The position numbers and the translations under genes were made by a program. A DNA stretch of 64,000 nucleotides from an uncultured delta proteobacterium (GTDB lineage Bacteria; Desulfobacterota; Binatia; Binatales; Binataceae), in contig CAWILO010000022.1 of the NCBI GenBank assembly GCA_963836955.1, positions 583,505-647,504 of the forward strand, given 5' to 3'. Shown here piece after piece: positions 18,876 to 29,077 of the stretch. The stretch's first letter is position 1, and every line of letters starts with the position of its first letter. The notes beneath the pieces were generated by a model. That model was not told the DNA's origin, made no database searches, and worked only from the letters and a program-made list of their open reading frames with translations.

Positions 18876-20311
18876 TCAGGCGTGCACCCTCGGCCGCCGC
18901 TCAATCCACGGCTGCGCCTGCTCTAGCTGTCTCGCTACGCGAATCAGCAGATCTTCGCGGCCCATCGCTGCGACGAGCTGAACCCCCACGGGAAGTCCTT
19001 CAGGAGTCCAGTGAAGAGGCAACGAGATTGCGGGTTGACCCGTGACGTTGAAGGGCGAAGTGAAAAACAGATGCTGCGCGATCTTCGGCCATAGTTTCGA
19101 CGGTTTGTCTTGCGGTGGTGTCAGATCTGCGAGCATAGCGGGCGGCTCCGAATCCGTCGGCGTCAGCAGTAGGTCGAATCCCATCGTCCACCACTGCGCA
19201 ACTCGAACCGCCCAGAAGTTCTGCCACTCCATCGCCCTCATGTAATCTTCCGCCGACACGGCCGGCTGGTCTGGCCGGCTTAAAGCCCACAGGTACGGCT
19301 CCACATCTTCTTGCGTGACAGTCCGGTTCAACAAGTAGCCCAGTAGCTGAATGGACGCGCGCATTCCGGGCAGTCCAAGTGGTCGCAGCCGCGGTCCCTG
19401 TTCGGGGTCAAACAGAGCTTCTGGAGAGGATTCTTCAACTCGGTATCCCAATGACTCCAGCAGCTTGGCGGTTGCGGCCACCGCGCTCACACATTGTGAA
19501 TGGACTTCCCCAAACGGGGTTCTCGATAGCATTCCAATTCTGAGTTCCCCGGGGTCTTCGCCAAGTTCCTCGGTGTGCCTTCGCGCTGGCAGTTGAATCA
19601 GATAAAGGTCGCCAGGCTCGGATCCTTGAACAGCATCAAGCACTGCGGCGACGTCTCGGACCGTGTGGCTGACCACAAATTCGACTATTGAACGTGAGGT
19701 AGAGTGCCAAGATACTCGGCCGCGCGACGGTTTTAGTCCGACCAATCCGCACATCCTGCGGGGAGCCGGATAGAGCCCCCTTGGTCATTGGCATGCGCGA
19801 CTGGCACCATACCGGCGGCCACTGCCGCGCAAGAGCCGCCAGAAGAGCCACTGGTCGATCGCGCCAGGTCCCACGGATTTCGGGTTGGACCGAAGGCCAG
19901 CGATTGCGTCGTGCATTGCGCGCCAAACTCCGGGGTGTTGGTCTTGCCGAGGGTAATAAACCCGGCGCTGCGAAACCTCGCCCCCAGGATGGTATCTGAA
20001 GGCGACCGATAGCCAGCGTCCCGTAGGGCCCGATTGCCCATATAGTAGGGCTGCCCCTTCTGCATCGCGCCGATATCTTTCAGCAGGAATGGCACGCCCT
20101 GAAATGGTCCGTCGGGTAGGTCGCGCGAGACCGCGGCAGCCCGCGCATCTTCGAAGAGCGGTGTGATCACAGCATTGATGGCGGGGTTTACTCGTTCGAT
20201 TCGAGCGATTGCGGCATCAACCAGCTCGAGGGGGGTCAGCTCCCGTCGGCGCACCAGTTCAGCCTGTCCGGTTGCGTCCATCTTCGACAATTCACCGAGA
20301 TCGAGGGCCAT
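18876..20311 (-). pseudogene. Amidase (amidase-signature family), frameshifted near 19755
   Basis: [34 protein letters not shown] / [22 protein letters not shown]. Confidence 0.9.
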
Positions 20312-20574
20312 TGCTGTTTCTCCCCGGTCACTGTTTGACCGTTAGATCACAGATCTGCTTTCCGGGCACCTTACTCACGGTGACCTTGGTCAGTCGAGAC
20401 TCGTCTATGACCGTGAATGTGGTATTATGGGAGTACGAGCAGATCGGAAGCTTTCGGAACGCCTGCTAACCTTTCCCACCAATTCAAAGCACTAACGGAG
20501 TGGCGAAGGGGAAATCCCTTTCGCACTCTCCCCGATCGCACAGCAGCGACGTGGGTTACTTTTGCTTCGGCGAC

Positions 20575-21832
20575 TGGAGTGAACCCCATCGATTGGACAG
20601 TCCTCAGGCGGAAGATTGGACCAGGATGTGATTGTGTTGTTCCTCGAACTGCACCGGCGAAAGATAACCGAGTGCCGAGTGCAGTCTGCGAGTGTTGTAT
20701 ACCTCGTCAATGAAGCGCGGAAGTCTCGCGATCACGTCGGCATGAGTTCGATAGTCACTGAGATAGACCTCCTCACATTTGATCGTCTTCATGAAGCTCT
20801 CGGCTTTGCCGTTGTCGTAGGGATTACCGCGGCGACTCATCGAACCGATCAGGCCATGATCGGCAAGTACCCGGCGATAGGGTTCGGCAGCGTACTGCAC
20901 TCCGCGATCGGAGTGGTGAATGCAATTGCGCGGTGGCTGTCGGGTTTCGATCGCGGCGCGTAGCGCCGCCAAAGCAAGCCGCGTATCGATCTGCCGACCG
21001 AGCGCATAGCCAATCACGCGGCGCGACCAGGCGTCCAGAATCACTGCCAGGTAGACGAAGCCGGCCGCGATACGGATATACGTGATGTCGCTGACCCACA
21101 GCTGATTGGGACCGGTCGGGCGAAGGCCACGGACAAGGTTGGGAAAGATCGGACCATCGTGGTCGCTGTCCGTGGTGCGTACGAACTTGCGCAACGGTCG
21201 CACCTGGAGGCCGCTTTCGCGCATCAGTCGCGCAACTGCCTTGTGATTGACTACCATTCCCTCGGCGTGAAGTTGGTGGTGATACGCCGGTAGCCGTCGC
21301 GTGGGAACTCGGCACACAGCGCCTCAATGCGGTCGCGCAGAACCTTTTTCTCCGCCGCATCGCGGCGGCCGCGGTAATAGTAAGTCGAGCGCGCCAGCTT
21401 CATGATTCGGCATCCCCACGCAATGGAGACTGTTTCGGGCCGCTCACAATGGAGTAGCTCCCTTCGTTGGGCTGGCGTCCCAACTGCGCCCCTTTTTTGA
21501 GCAGATCGACTTCCATCGTCAGCTGGCCGACCTTGCGCTCGAGTTCCGCGATCTTGCGCTCGTACTCGGCGATGTGAACTGCCTCGGCCAGCTCGTCGGT
21601 AAACTCGCCGGCCTCGTACTTGCGGATCCAAAGCCGAATCAGATTGCGCGACAGACTATGCCGGCGCGCCAGCTCATGCAGGCCCGCCCGGCCGTCGAGA
21701 AACTCTTTGGCGATTTGACGCTTGAACTCCGAACCGAAACTCCGATGCCGAGCCATGCCCCATCCTCCGATAAGCCCATCGCCCGGTCCAATTCGTTCCT
21801 GCCTGTCTGTCCAGCTTTCGGGGTTCACTCCA
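20575..21832 (-). mobile_element. IS3-family element (orfA 21756-21400; orfB 21403-20604 with an extra frameshift near 21285)
   Basis: IRs TGGAGTGAACCCC..TGGACAG; TG..CA ends; 3-bp TSD GAC; A6G slippery site at 21492-21498; DDE motifs [20 protein letters not shown]. Confidence 0.93.
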
Positions 21833-21859
21833 GACTTCTCACCGAAGTGGATCAACATT

Positions 21860-21955
21860 TCAACCGGCGTTGACGCGGACTTCCTCCAGGACGCGCAGGA
21901 ACTCTGGCGGCGGCGCGAAGCACATGGTTCGATACGTATCCAGGAAGGGGAGCCA
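21860..21955 (-). repeat. att-like repeat 2 (encodes WLPFLDTYRTMCFAPPPEFLRVLEEVRVNAG*)
   Basis: Same repeat family, with the GGGGAGCCAC core. Confidence 0.9.
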
Positions 21956-21984
21956 CCAAGACTCCAGCACATGACGCATCTGTG

Positions 21985-22642
21985 TGCCATCATGGACGCG
22001 GCGAACGCGCCGAAGAAGCGCGGGAGCTACAAGAAGGCGTCCGGCTAGGGGCCGCGATGGGCCGGTTTGATGGGCATCAGAAACTATTTGATCGAAGGCG
22101 TTTCCGGCGCCGGCAAAACGGCGGTCTGCACAGAATTGCAGCGGCGCGGCTACCAGGCCATTCATGGTGACTGGGAATTGGTGTATCGAGGCGATCCGGA
22201 AACGGGTCTACCGACGGCTCCGGAAACGGGTACACCGACGGCTACCTGGATGTCCGAGCACCAGATTTGGGATGTAGAGAAAGTACAAGCCTTCGTCGCC
22301 AACCAGGAGGAGGCGGCCACCTTTTTCTGTGGTAGCTCCAGGAATTTGGCCAAATTCATCGACTTATTTGACGGCGTGTTTGTCCTGGAGGTCGACCTGG
22401 ACACCATGAACCGGCGGATTGATGAGCGAGTGGCACTGGACCCAACTGACTTCGGCGGAAAACCAGAGGAACGCGAACTCATTGCGCGATTGTATGCAAC
22501 GAAAGAAGATGTCCCGAAGGGTGGTGTTGTGATCGATGCCACTGCGCCGATTGAACGCGTCGTGGATGAGATTTTGGAAAAGTGCAGCTAGATCACGGAC
22601 AAGGGCGGAACGGCCCACCAAAATTCAAACTGAGACACTACC
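21985..22642 (+). mobile_element. IS1-like remnant: transposase tail, passenger gene and right end
   Basis: IMDAANAPKKRGSYKK* tail; end motif TTCAAACTGAGACACTACC at 22624-22642, recognised from memory as an IS1-like terminus. Confidence 0.55.
22067..22591 (+). CDS. P-loop nucleoside/nucleotide kinase-like protein (AAA family)
   Basis: YLIEGVSGAGKT Walker A; IDATAPIERVVDEIL. Confidence 0.85.
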   Translation: MMGIRNYLIEGVSGAGKTAVCTELQRRGYQAIHGDWELVYRGDPETGLPTAPETGTPTATWMSEHQIWDVEKVQAFVANQEEAATFFCGSSRNLAKFIDLFDGVFVLEVDLDTMNRRIDERVALDPTDFGGKPEERELIARLYATKEDVPKGGVVIDATAPIERVVDEILEKCS

Positions 22643-22740
22643 CAACGGCCCGTGTGAGGAAATCGAGCTCATTGGTGCCGCCTTCTTGCCTGCTGATATA
22701 GATCGATCTGATCTCGTACAGACCAACTGGCGATGCAGGT

Positions 22741-22841
22741 CTAGTCGGTGAGAAAGAACTCCTGAATTTCTTCTAGGACGCCCCGTAACTCTGGCTGCGG
22801 CGCGAGGCACATGGTTCGATACGTACCAGGAAGGGGAGCCA
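22741..22841 (-). repeat. att-like repeat 3 (1-nt deletion; WLPFL-TYRTMCLAPQPELRGVLEEIQEFFLTD*)
   Basis: Same repeat family, with the GGGGAGCCAC core. Confidence 0.88.
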
Positions 22842-23074
22842 CCTCTCACTCGCTGACCCTCGAAATCGAGCCGATGAGAGCTTTTGCGCTCAATTGTAAA
22901 GATTTCGCTAAAATCTGCATGATCCAGCTAGACGTACTGTACTGTGTCATGTAATGTCGCGCGAAAGTTGACGAGAGCGACGGCGTCTGAGCTACGCGCG
23001 AAATACGGTCATTACGGGTCGCCCTGACTGAAAGAGGCTGTATCTCGCTGATGGCTTCTGGGGATTGAGTTTCG

Positions 23075-25678
23075 ATGAGAATTCGGGAACGGCTATTCGT
23101 TTTCGGCCTTCTCGCCACCGTTTTGTTGAGCTGCACCGCCGGTATTTCTCGGGCGAGTGCATGCTCTTCCCTGCCGCCCGCATCGTCGCCGCAATTCCTT
23201 GAGCATCTCACCGCGTTCCTAAACGGGCTCTGCTACCAAAAGGAAAATTGGCAGCACGACGCGCATGTCAGGACCAGCGACGGCGTGCATCCTTTCGTCA
23301 GGGTCTGGTACTCACCCGGCCTTTTCGACTGGATGACGGTGAAGAATCGCAATGGTCCGGTGCCCAATGGCGCGATAGTCGTCAAGGAAATGTACATCAG
23401 CCTGACCGCGCCGCTCACCGAATGGACGGTGATGGTCAAGGACTCGGACCTGTCGTGGGACGGCTGGTACTGGGCTGGTAAATCCGAGTCCCAAAAATCC
23501 GAACGAGCCTCCCAAGAATCCCGAAGGTGCATGCGCCGAGCCCCAAGCCTTGTTCAACGGAGCGGGACTGTATTGTCTCAACTGCCACGCGTCGGCGATC
23601 GCGAATTCGGGCACCTATTCGAGCACTGCGTATCTCGCATCTACGCCCAGTTCGGGGCTCGGCTCGTTGTACGACGCGATCAATGAGATGGCGCCGTTCC
23701 AGATCGAGGACACCAGCGAAAGCGAATTGGAGGCACGACAGGCGCCGGAGTTCATCGATCGAATTTCCAGCTCGGTCTTCGCCAATCTCAGGCCTCTTGC
23801 CGATGTGAAAGTGCCCTGCATGGTCTCCGAGGCGATGGATCACGTGGTGACGGCGAGCCCCGCTCATGGAGGACCGCAGGAGTTCGTCACCTCCGATCAA
23901 TGCAGTGGCTGTCACGATGCGACCGGGACGCTGGCCGGGCTCACTCCGAACATGATTTTTAAGACAAACGATGGGACGCCGGTGAATCTCTCGCAGAATG
24001 GCGAGTGGCGATACTCGATGATGGGGTTGGCGGGCCGCGATCCGGTTTTCTTCGCGCAGCTCGACACCGAGTCAACGTTGCACAAACATCTCGTCGGTAA
24101 GCCCGACGGCGCGGCGTTCGTCCAGGACTTGTGTCTTCGATGCCACGGCGTGATGGGCCAACGGCAATACCATATTGATCATCCAGGGCCGGACAAGCTG
24201 TTCACGCGCGAGATGCTTCAGGACCGGAAATCCAAGTATGGCGCGCTGGCTCGCGACGGCGTTTCATGCGACGCCTGCCACCATGTGGCGCAAATGGAGA
24301 AGTTGGACACGTTCCTGCCGAACATCGGCACCGTCCCGCCCGCGTTCCGCATCGGCACCGGAATGATGTCGGAAGTGAGATACGGGCCATAAATCTGGTC
24401 GGGCGGACCCACCAGGAACTGGCCGGTGTAAAATTGAGGCATGAAGAAGGTTTGGTCCGAAATATGTGTCACACGATTGAGTTGCCGGTGTCCGACCGCC
24501 ACGGCCGGCAGGTGCTCGATGAGCACGGGAAACCCAAAACCGAATTTGAACAAACGACCTCTTTCGAATGGTTCAACAGCAGGTTTTTCAGGCCGCCGGC
24601 CCAGATAGTGAGCTGCCAGAATTGTCATATGCCTGTGAAGTACCGGGGCGCCGATTTGGCATTCAAGATCGCCAATATCGAGGACAACACCTTTCCGCGA
24701 GTCCCTGAAACCGGACCCTCGACGCGCTTGCCCGACGACGTGCTGACCATGCAGGAACGCACTTCCTTCGGACGTCACCAGTTGAACGGCATCAATGTGT
24801 TTGTGCTCGAGATGTTCGACCAGTTTCGTAAAGACCTCGGCCTCTTCAAAGTCGACCCCAATCTTCCGTTGCCCATAAGAGACCAAATATCGAGTCAAAA
24901 GACAGCGGTCGCCGAAGGCGTATTGCAGGCGCAAACGGCGACGGCCAACGTCGCCGTCACTTCGGTAACGACCGACGCGACCACGCTCACCGCAAACGTT
25001 AACGTCGAGAACCTGGCCGGTCACAAATTCCCCACCGGGGTGAGCTTCCGCCGCGCATTCATTAATTTTCAGGTGCTGGATGCCAGCGGCAAGGTGCTCT
25101 GGGCCTCGGGCAACACCAACGTCGAGGGTGTCATCGTCGATAATTCGGGCACTCAGCTGGAGACCGAGTTCTTCAGCCCCAGGCAGCCCACGCAGCAAAA
25201 GTTCCAGCCGCATTTCTGGACCAACTCGCCGATTACCAGCGACAAACAGGTTCAGATCTACGAGGAGCTTGTGGTCGATCCCCAGGGACTTTTGACAACG
25301 AGCTTTCTGAGCTTTGATCACGAGGTGAAGCATAACCGGCTCGAACCTTCAGGAAGGACCGTGGGCGGGCCGTTTGATGAATTCATTTTACCGGTCGGCA
25401 CCGGTGACGACCCTTCGTATCAGGGCACGTGCGGCTGCAGCATGCTCACGTACGCTATACCACTGGCGCAAATCCCGGGTGTGCCCACTGCCGTGCAGGC
25501 GACTATCTATTATCAGAGCATCCCGCCTTACTATCTGCGTCAAAGATCGGAGCAGGGTAACGGTCCCGATACGGCGCGACTGATCAAGTTCGCCAGTGAG
25601 TTGAACGTCGCCAACTATCCGGAAATCGCCAGCTGGAAGTTGTCGATCGCAAGCTCAGGAGTAGTCGGCATCAAATGA
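23075..25678 (+). pseudogene. Secreted cytochrome P460-like plus multiheme cytochrome c, disrupted by a frameshift (~23475) and an internal inversion (24282-24466)
   Basis: Signal peptide; GAIVVKEMY..VMVKD..GWYW; CLNCH, CSGCH, CLRCH, CDACH, CQNCH; NLAGHKFPTG. Confidence 0.85.
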
Positions 25679-25862
25679 GCCACCGACCCAGCCGCAGCTA
25701 GCTGCCCTTCACCAACGCATTTTGCCGGGACTTCGTCTCGGTCTGGACCGCGAGCGCATTCGACTGAGGCCGCTCTAGTCGCCTCTCGAATTATTTTTCG
25801 GCAAACCTCGCCTCCCGTCGTATCGACCCGATCAAATAATCTGCTACTTTATTTGCGGAACC

Positions 25863-26135
25863 ATGATTGACCGCATGATTAAACGACTCCTCCTCGTCAC
25901 GATTGTGGCTACAGCAGCCGGTTTTTACGGGTGCGCGTCATCCGATCCCGACCAGGTGGCGGCCCTGACCACCACCTGCCAGGGTGAGGACCAGCAGAAC
26001 TGCGAGGCCCGCGACAACGCCCGCCAGGCTCGAGACGCGGCGGATTACCAGGACGAGCCCGCGCTGGGATACCTGCAGTCGCCGCCCGGCTTGCTTCCAA
26101 TACCCCTCACTTCGCGAAACGCCTCGTCCAACTAA
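25863..26135 (+). CDS. Small putative lipoprotein
   Basis: Basic then hydrophobic N-terminus ending FYGC; internal Cys pair. Confidence 0.55.
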   Translation: MIDRMIKRLLLVTIVATAAGFYGCASSDPDQVAALTTTCQGEDQQNCEARDNARQARDAADYQDEPALGYLQSPPGLLPIPLTSRNASSN

Positions 26136-26315
26136 ATTCGACCGTCCGTTGCGTCGAGCTCGGCGCGCGCGCTTTCTACGAATCCGCGGAGTCAGTTGCA
26201 CCAAACGAACAGGCCCCGGACCGACGCGTCGTCGCGCCGAGTCCGAGGCCCCCTGGGAGAGGCTATGGATTGAAGAGCCTTCTGATCGATCGCTGATGTC
26301 AGCCGGCCCGGGGGA

Positions 26316-27260
26316 TCATCCTCCAGTGGTCGAGGTGAGCGTATGGAGGACCGAGATCAATGCCGGTCCGACGATTAGCGCGATCATCGCGGGCAACACG
26401 AAAAGAACCAGCGGGAACAGAACCTTAATCGATGCCTTCTGCGCGTCTTCCTCGGCATGTATCCGACGACGCGTGCGCAACGCGTCCGAGCTGGCGCGCA
26501 ATGCCGGTCCGATCTGCGCGCCAAGCTGTTCGCTCTGAATCAAGGTTGCGGCCAGTGGCTTGATATCATCGACGGCCGTCCGCTCTGCGAGCCCGCGCAA
26601 TGCCTGTCCAAGCGTCGCGCCCGCGGAAATATCGGTTGCTACCAGGTTCAGCTCGGCGCCGATTTCCTGCCCATGACGTTCGCATTCCGCGCCCACGATT
26701 CGAATTGCCTCGAACAGTCCAAGACCAGCCTCGATGCATACCACCAGCAGATCGAGCACGTCCGAGAGCTGCCTCGATATATTGCCCTGGCGGATTCGCG
26801 CGCGCCGTCCAAGATAGTAGCTGGGAACGAAAATCCCGATGCCGACGCCGCCGACTGCAAACAGCAGTGGCTGCACCGCCGAGTTGTGAAAGGCGATTCC
26901 AATCAACAGACCCAACACGCCGCATCCGACCGCCAGCAACACCCGGATGACCTGGTAGGTCTGCGGCGCGCTGGACTTCAGAAATCCCGCCTGCGCAAGC
27001 GTCTGCTGCAGCTTTTCTCCCGTAGGAGTATCAAGGTTCGGCGGCGGAACGCGTTTTGAGGCCCACCTGAAGAGCATCCGCAGCAGGTTGTCGTCCTGCA
27101 GGTCGCCCTCGAGGGCGCCTTGCGAGGCGCGCATTTTGATCGCCAAATCGGCGAATCGTTCGTCGACCGCCCGGCTCTGCGGCGAGATGGCGAGGTACAG
27201 TGCGACACACGCCGCGCCGGCCAGGACAAAGACCGCTATGCCAACCATGAATGGACTCAT
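26316..27260 (-). CDS. tadC: Tad pilus type II secretion F-family protein TadC
   Basis: LDLLVVCIEAGLG, LIQSEQLGA, AEEDAQKASIKVLFPLVLFVLP. Confidence 0.9.
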   Translation of the reverse strand: MSPFMVGIAVFVLAGAACVALYLAISPQSRAVDERFADLAIKMRASQGALEGDLQDDNLLRMLFRWASKRVPPPNLDTPTGEKLQQTLAQAGFLKSSAPQTYQVIRVLLAVGCGVLGLLIGIAFHNSAVQPLLFAVGGVGIGIFVPSYYLGRRARIRQGNISRQLSDVLDLLVVCIEAGLGLFEAIRIVGAECERHGQEIGAELNLVATDISAGATLGQALRGLAERTAVDDIKPLAATLIQSEQLGAQIGPALRASSDALRTRRRIHAEEDAQKASIKVLFPLVLFVLPAMIALIVGPALISVLHTLTSTTGG

Positions 27261-28206
27261 TAGTAAGTCACCCGCAGCAATCGCCTGATGGTTATAAGGG
27301 CGAGAATGTCGGCGCCGACGGCAAATTTCAAAATCTTCTGACCCATCGGGTCATGAAACAATTGAGCCGTGTAGCCCGGCTGAATCAGGCTGAATACAAA
27401 GAGCACTGCAATCGGCAAACAGCCGACGATCATACCGCCCAGGCGCGATTGCGCCGTCAGCGCCCTGATCTGCAACCGCAAGCGCTGGCGGATTCGCACA
27501 ATCTCGGACAGCCGTCCGACAATCTGGGCCAGGCTCGAGCCGACTTCTGTTTGCACCCGCACCGCGACGACCAGGAGCCGCAGATCGTCTTCTGGAACGC
27601 GCTTGAGCATGTCTTCGAGTGCACGCGGCAGCAGCAATCCAATCCGATTCAGCTCGAGCACGGTGCGGAATTCGCTGCCCAGCGGATCGGCGAACTCGCT
27701 GACCAGGACTTGCAGCGCGCGCTGCAGCGAATGTCCCGCCTCCAGCGACGATTTGATCAGGTCGAGTGCGAACGGCAGCTGAGTCCCAAAGGCCTTCAAA
27801 CGCCGCTTTTTGCGGAACTGGATGAAGGCGAGGGGCAAGCTGCCCACTACCAACGCGGTGGTCAGCGCGAACCACATGTCGTGGAACATGACGTTGCCGA
27901 CGAACATCCCCGTGCCGAACATCAGCACGATGATCAGCAGCATGTCGGCGACCCGCATATACATGCCCGCCTGCCACATCGACTCTTCGAGTTTGCGCAG
28001 CAGATTAGGTCGTACAGCACGCTCAGCAACGCGCCTTCCTCGGGCCGTTGCTTGCGCATGACGTCGATATCTATATCGTCCGGTGGGCGCGTGAGGCGTC
28101 GTGCCACTTCGCGCTGTTGCTCGACTTCGGAGCCGCGGCTGCTGGTGAAGATCAGCACGCCGACGAAGACGAGCGCGAATATGCCGCTGGCCAACAAAAA
28201 GTCCAT
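27260..28206 (-). pseudogene. tadB: TadB, frameshifted near 28007
   Basis: QLPFALDLIKSSLEAGHS, QTEVGSSLA, IRALTAQSR; the N-terminal TM segment is in another frame. Confidence 0.85.
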
Positions 28207-28211
28207 GATAT

Positions 28212-28607
28212 TTATCCGATTGTGTTGCGGAAAATCTTGGCGTCGAGTTTGTAACCCGCAGCTTCGAGCCGCTGCGAATAGGTTGACCGGATCCCGGTGG
28301 CGACAAACTGGCCGAGTACCTCGCCGCCCACTCCGATTCCGGTGCGCTTGAATTCGAACAGGTCCTGCATCATCACCATCTCACCCTCCATTCCGCTGAT
28401 CTCGGAAATGCGCAGCACTTTGCGCGAGCCGTCCGACAGGCGCGAAACGTGAACGATGATGTTGAGCGCCGAGGCAATTTGCTGGCGCATCGCGCGCTGC
28501 GGAATCGACACGCCCGACAGCAGCATCATCATCTCGAGACGTCCCATGCTGTCGCGGGGCGTATTGGCGTGGATGGTGGCGATTGAGCCGTCATGGCCGG
28601 TCGACAT
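28212..28607 (-). pseudogene. tadA: TadA/CpaF ATPase, 3' fragment only
   Basis: MSTGHDGSIATIHANTPRD, RLSDGSRKV; Walker A/B region absent. Confidence 0.9.
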
Positions 28608-29077
28608 TTTGGAGTCTGTTTGAAGCCACACGGACAGAAGGGTTTCATGACTTCAGGCGGAAGTCGAACCATCTGTGTCGTAGGCGTATCGTAGTGCGGA
28701 CTGGAATCAACATCAGGAACGACAGTCGCACTATCGCTCATGCTCGATGACGACGTCGCAGTGCGAAGCTCGACCGACCGAACGTTGGACGCTCGCGGAG
28801 CAATCTGGTACACGAGGAGCGCCGGCTGGGGACTCCCCCGTTTACCGGTCGGCAGCGGGCTGGCGTGCCACAGCGCTGGCCTGTTTTCTTTCGCGAGCTG
28901 GAAGTCGCCTGCCGGCCTCGCCAAGAGACGTACGGTCCTCGTCAAGATCAGCGCGCTGCAAGCACAGCTCGCCGAATTGGATGAACAGGCGAAGCGCCCC
29001 TGAAACCGTTATTCCCGGGGCATCTGGAGGTCTCGCTCTCTTGCCGTGCGATATTGAGGCGTGTAGCAATCGAGTCT

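Noticed and set aside
20498-20528. Hairpin GAGTGGCGAAGGGG-AAAT-CCCTTTCGCACTC as ncRNA or att site
   Set aside because: Single imperfect copy, with no U-tract and no recognisable family.
18740-22841. CRISPR array or integron attC sites for the three repeats
   Set aside because: Spacing is 0.9-3 kb, there are no cas or intI genes, no RYYYAAC/GTTRRRY palindromic structure, and the repeats show peptide-level conservation.
24218-25333. 371-aa minus-strand ORF as a separate gene
   Set aside because: Mostly antisense to the cytochrome; only its 24282-24466 part is real coding sequence, explained by the inversion.
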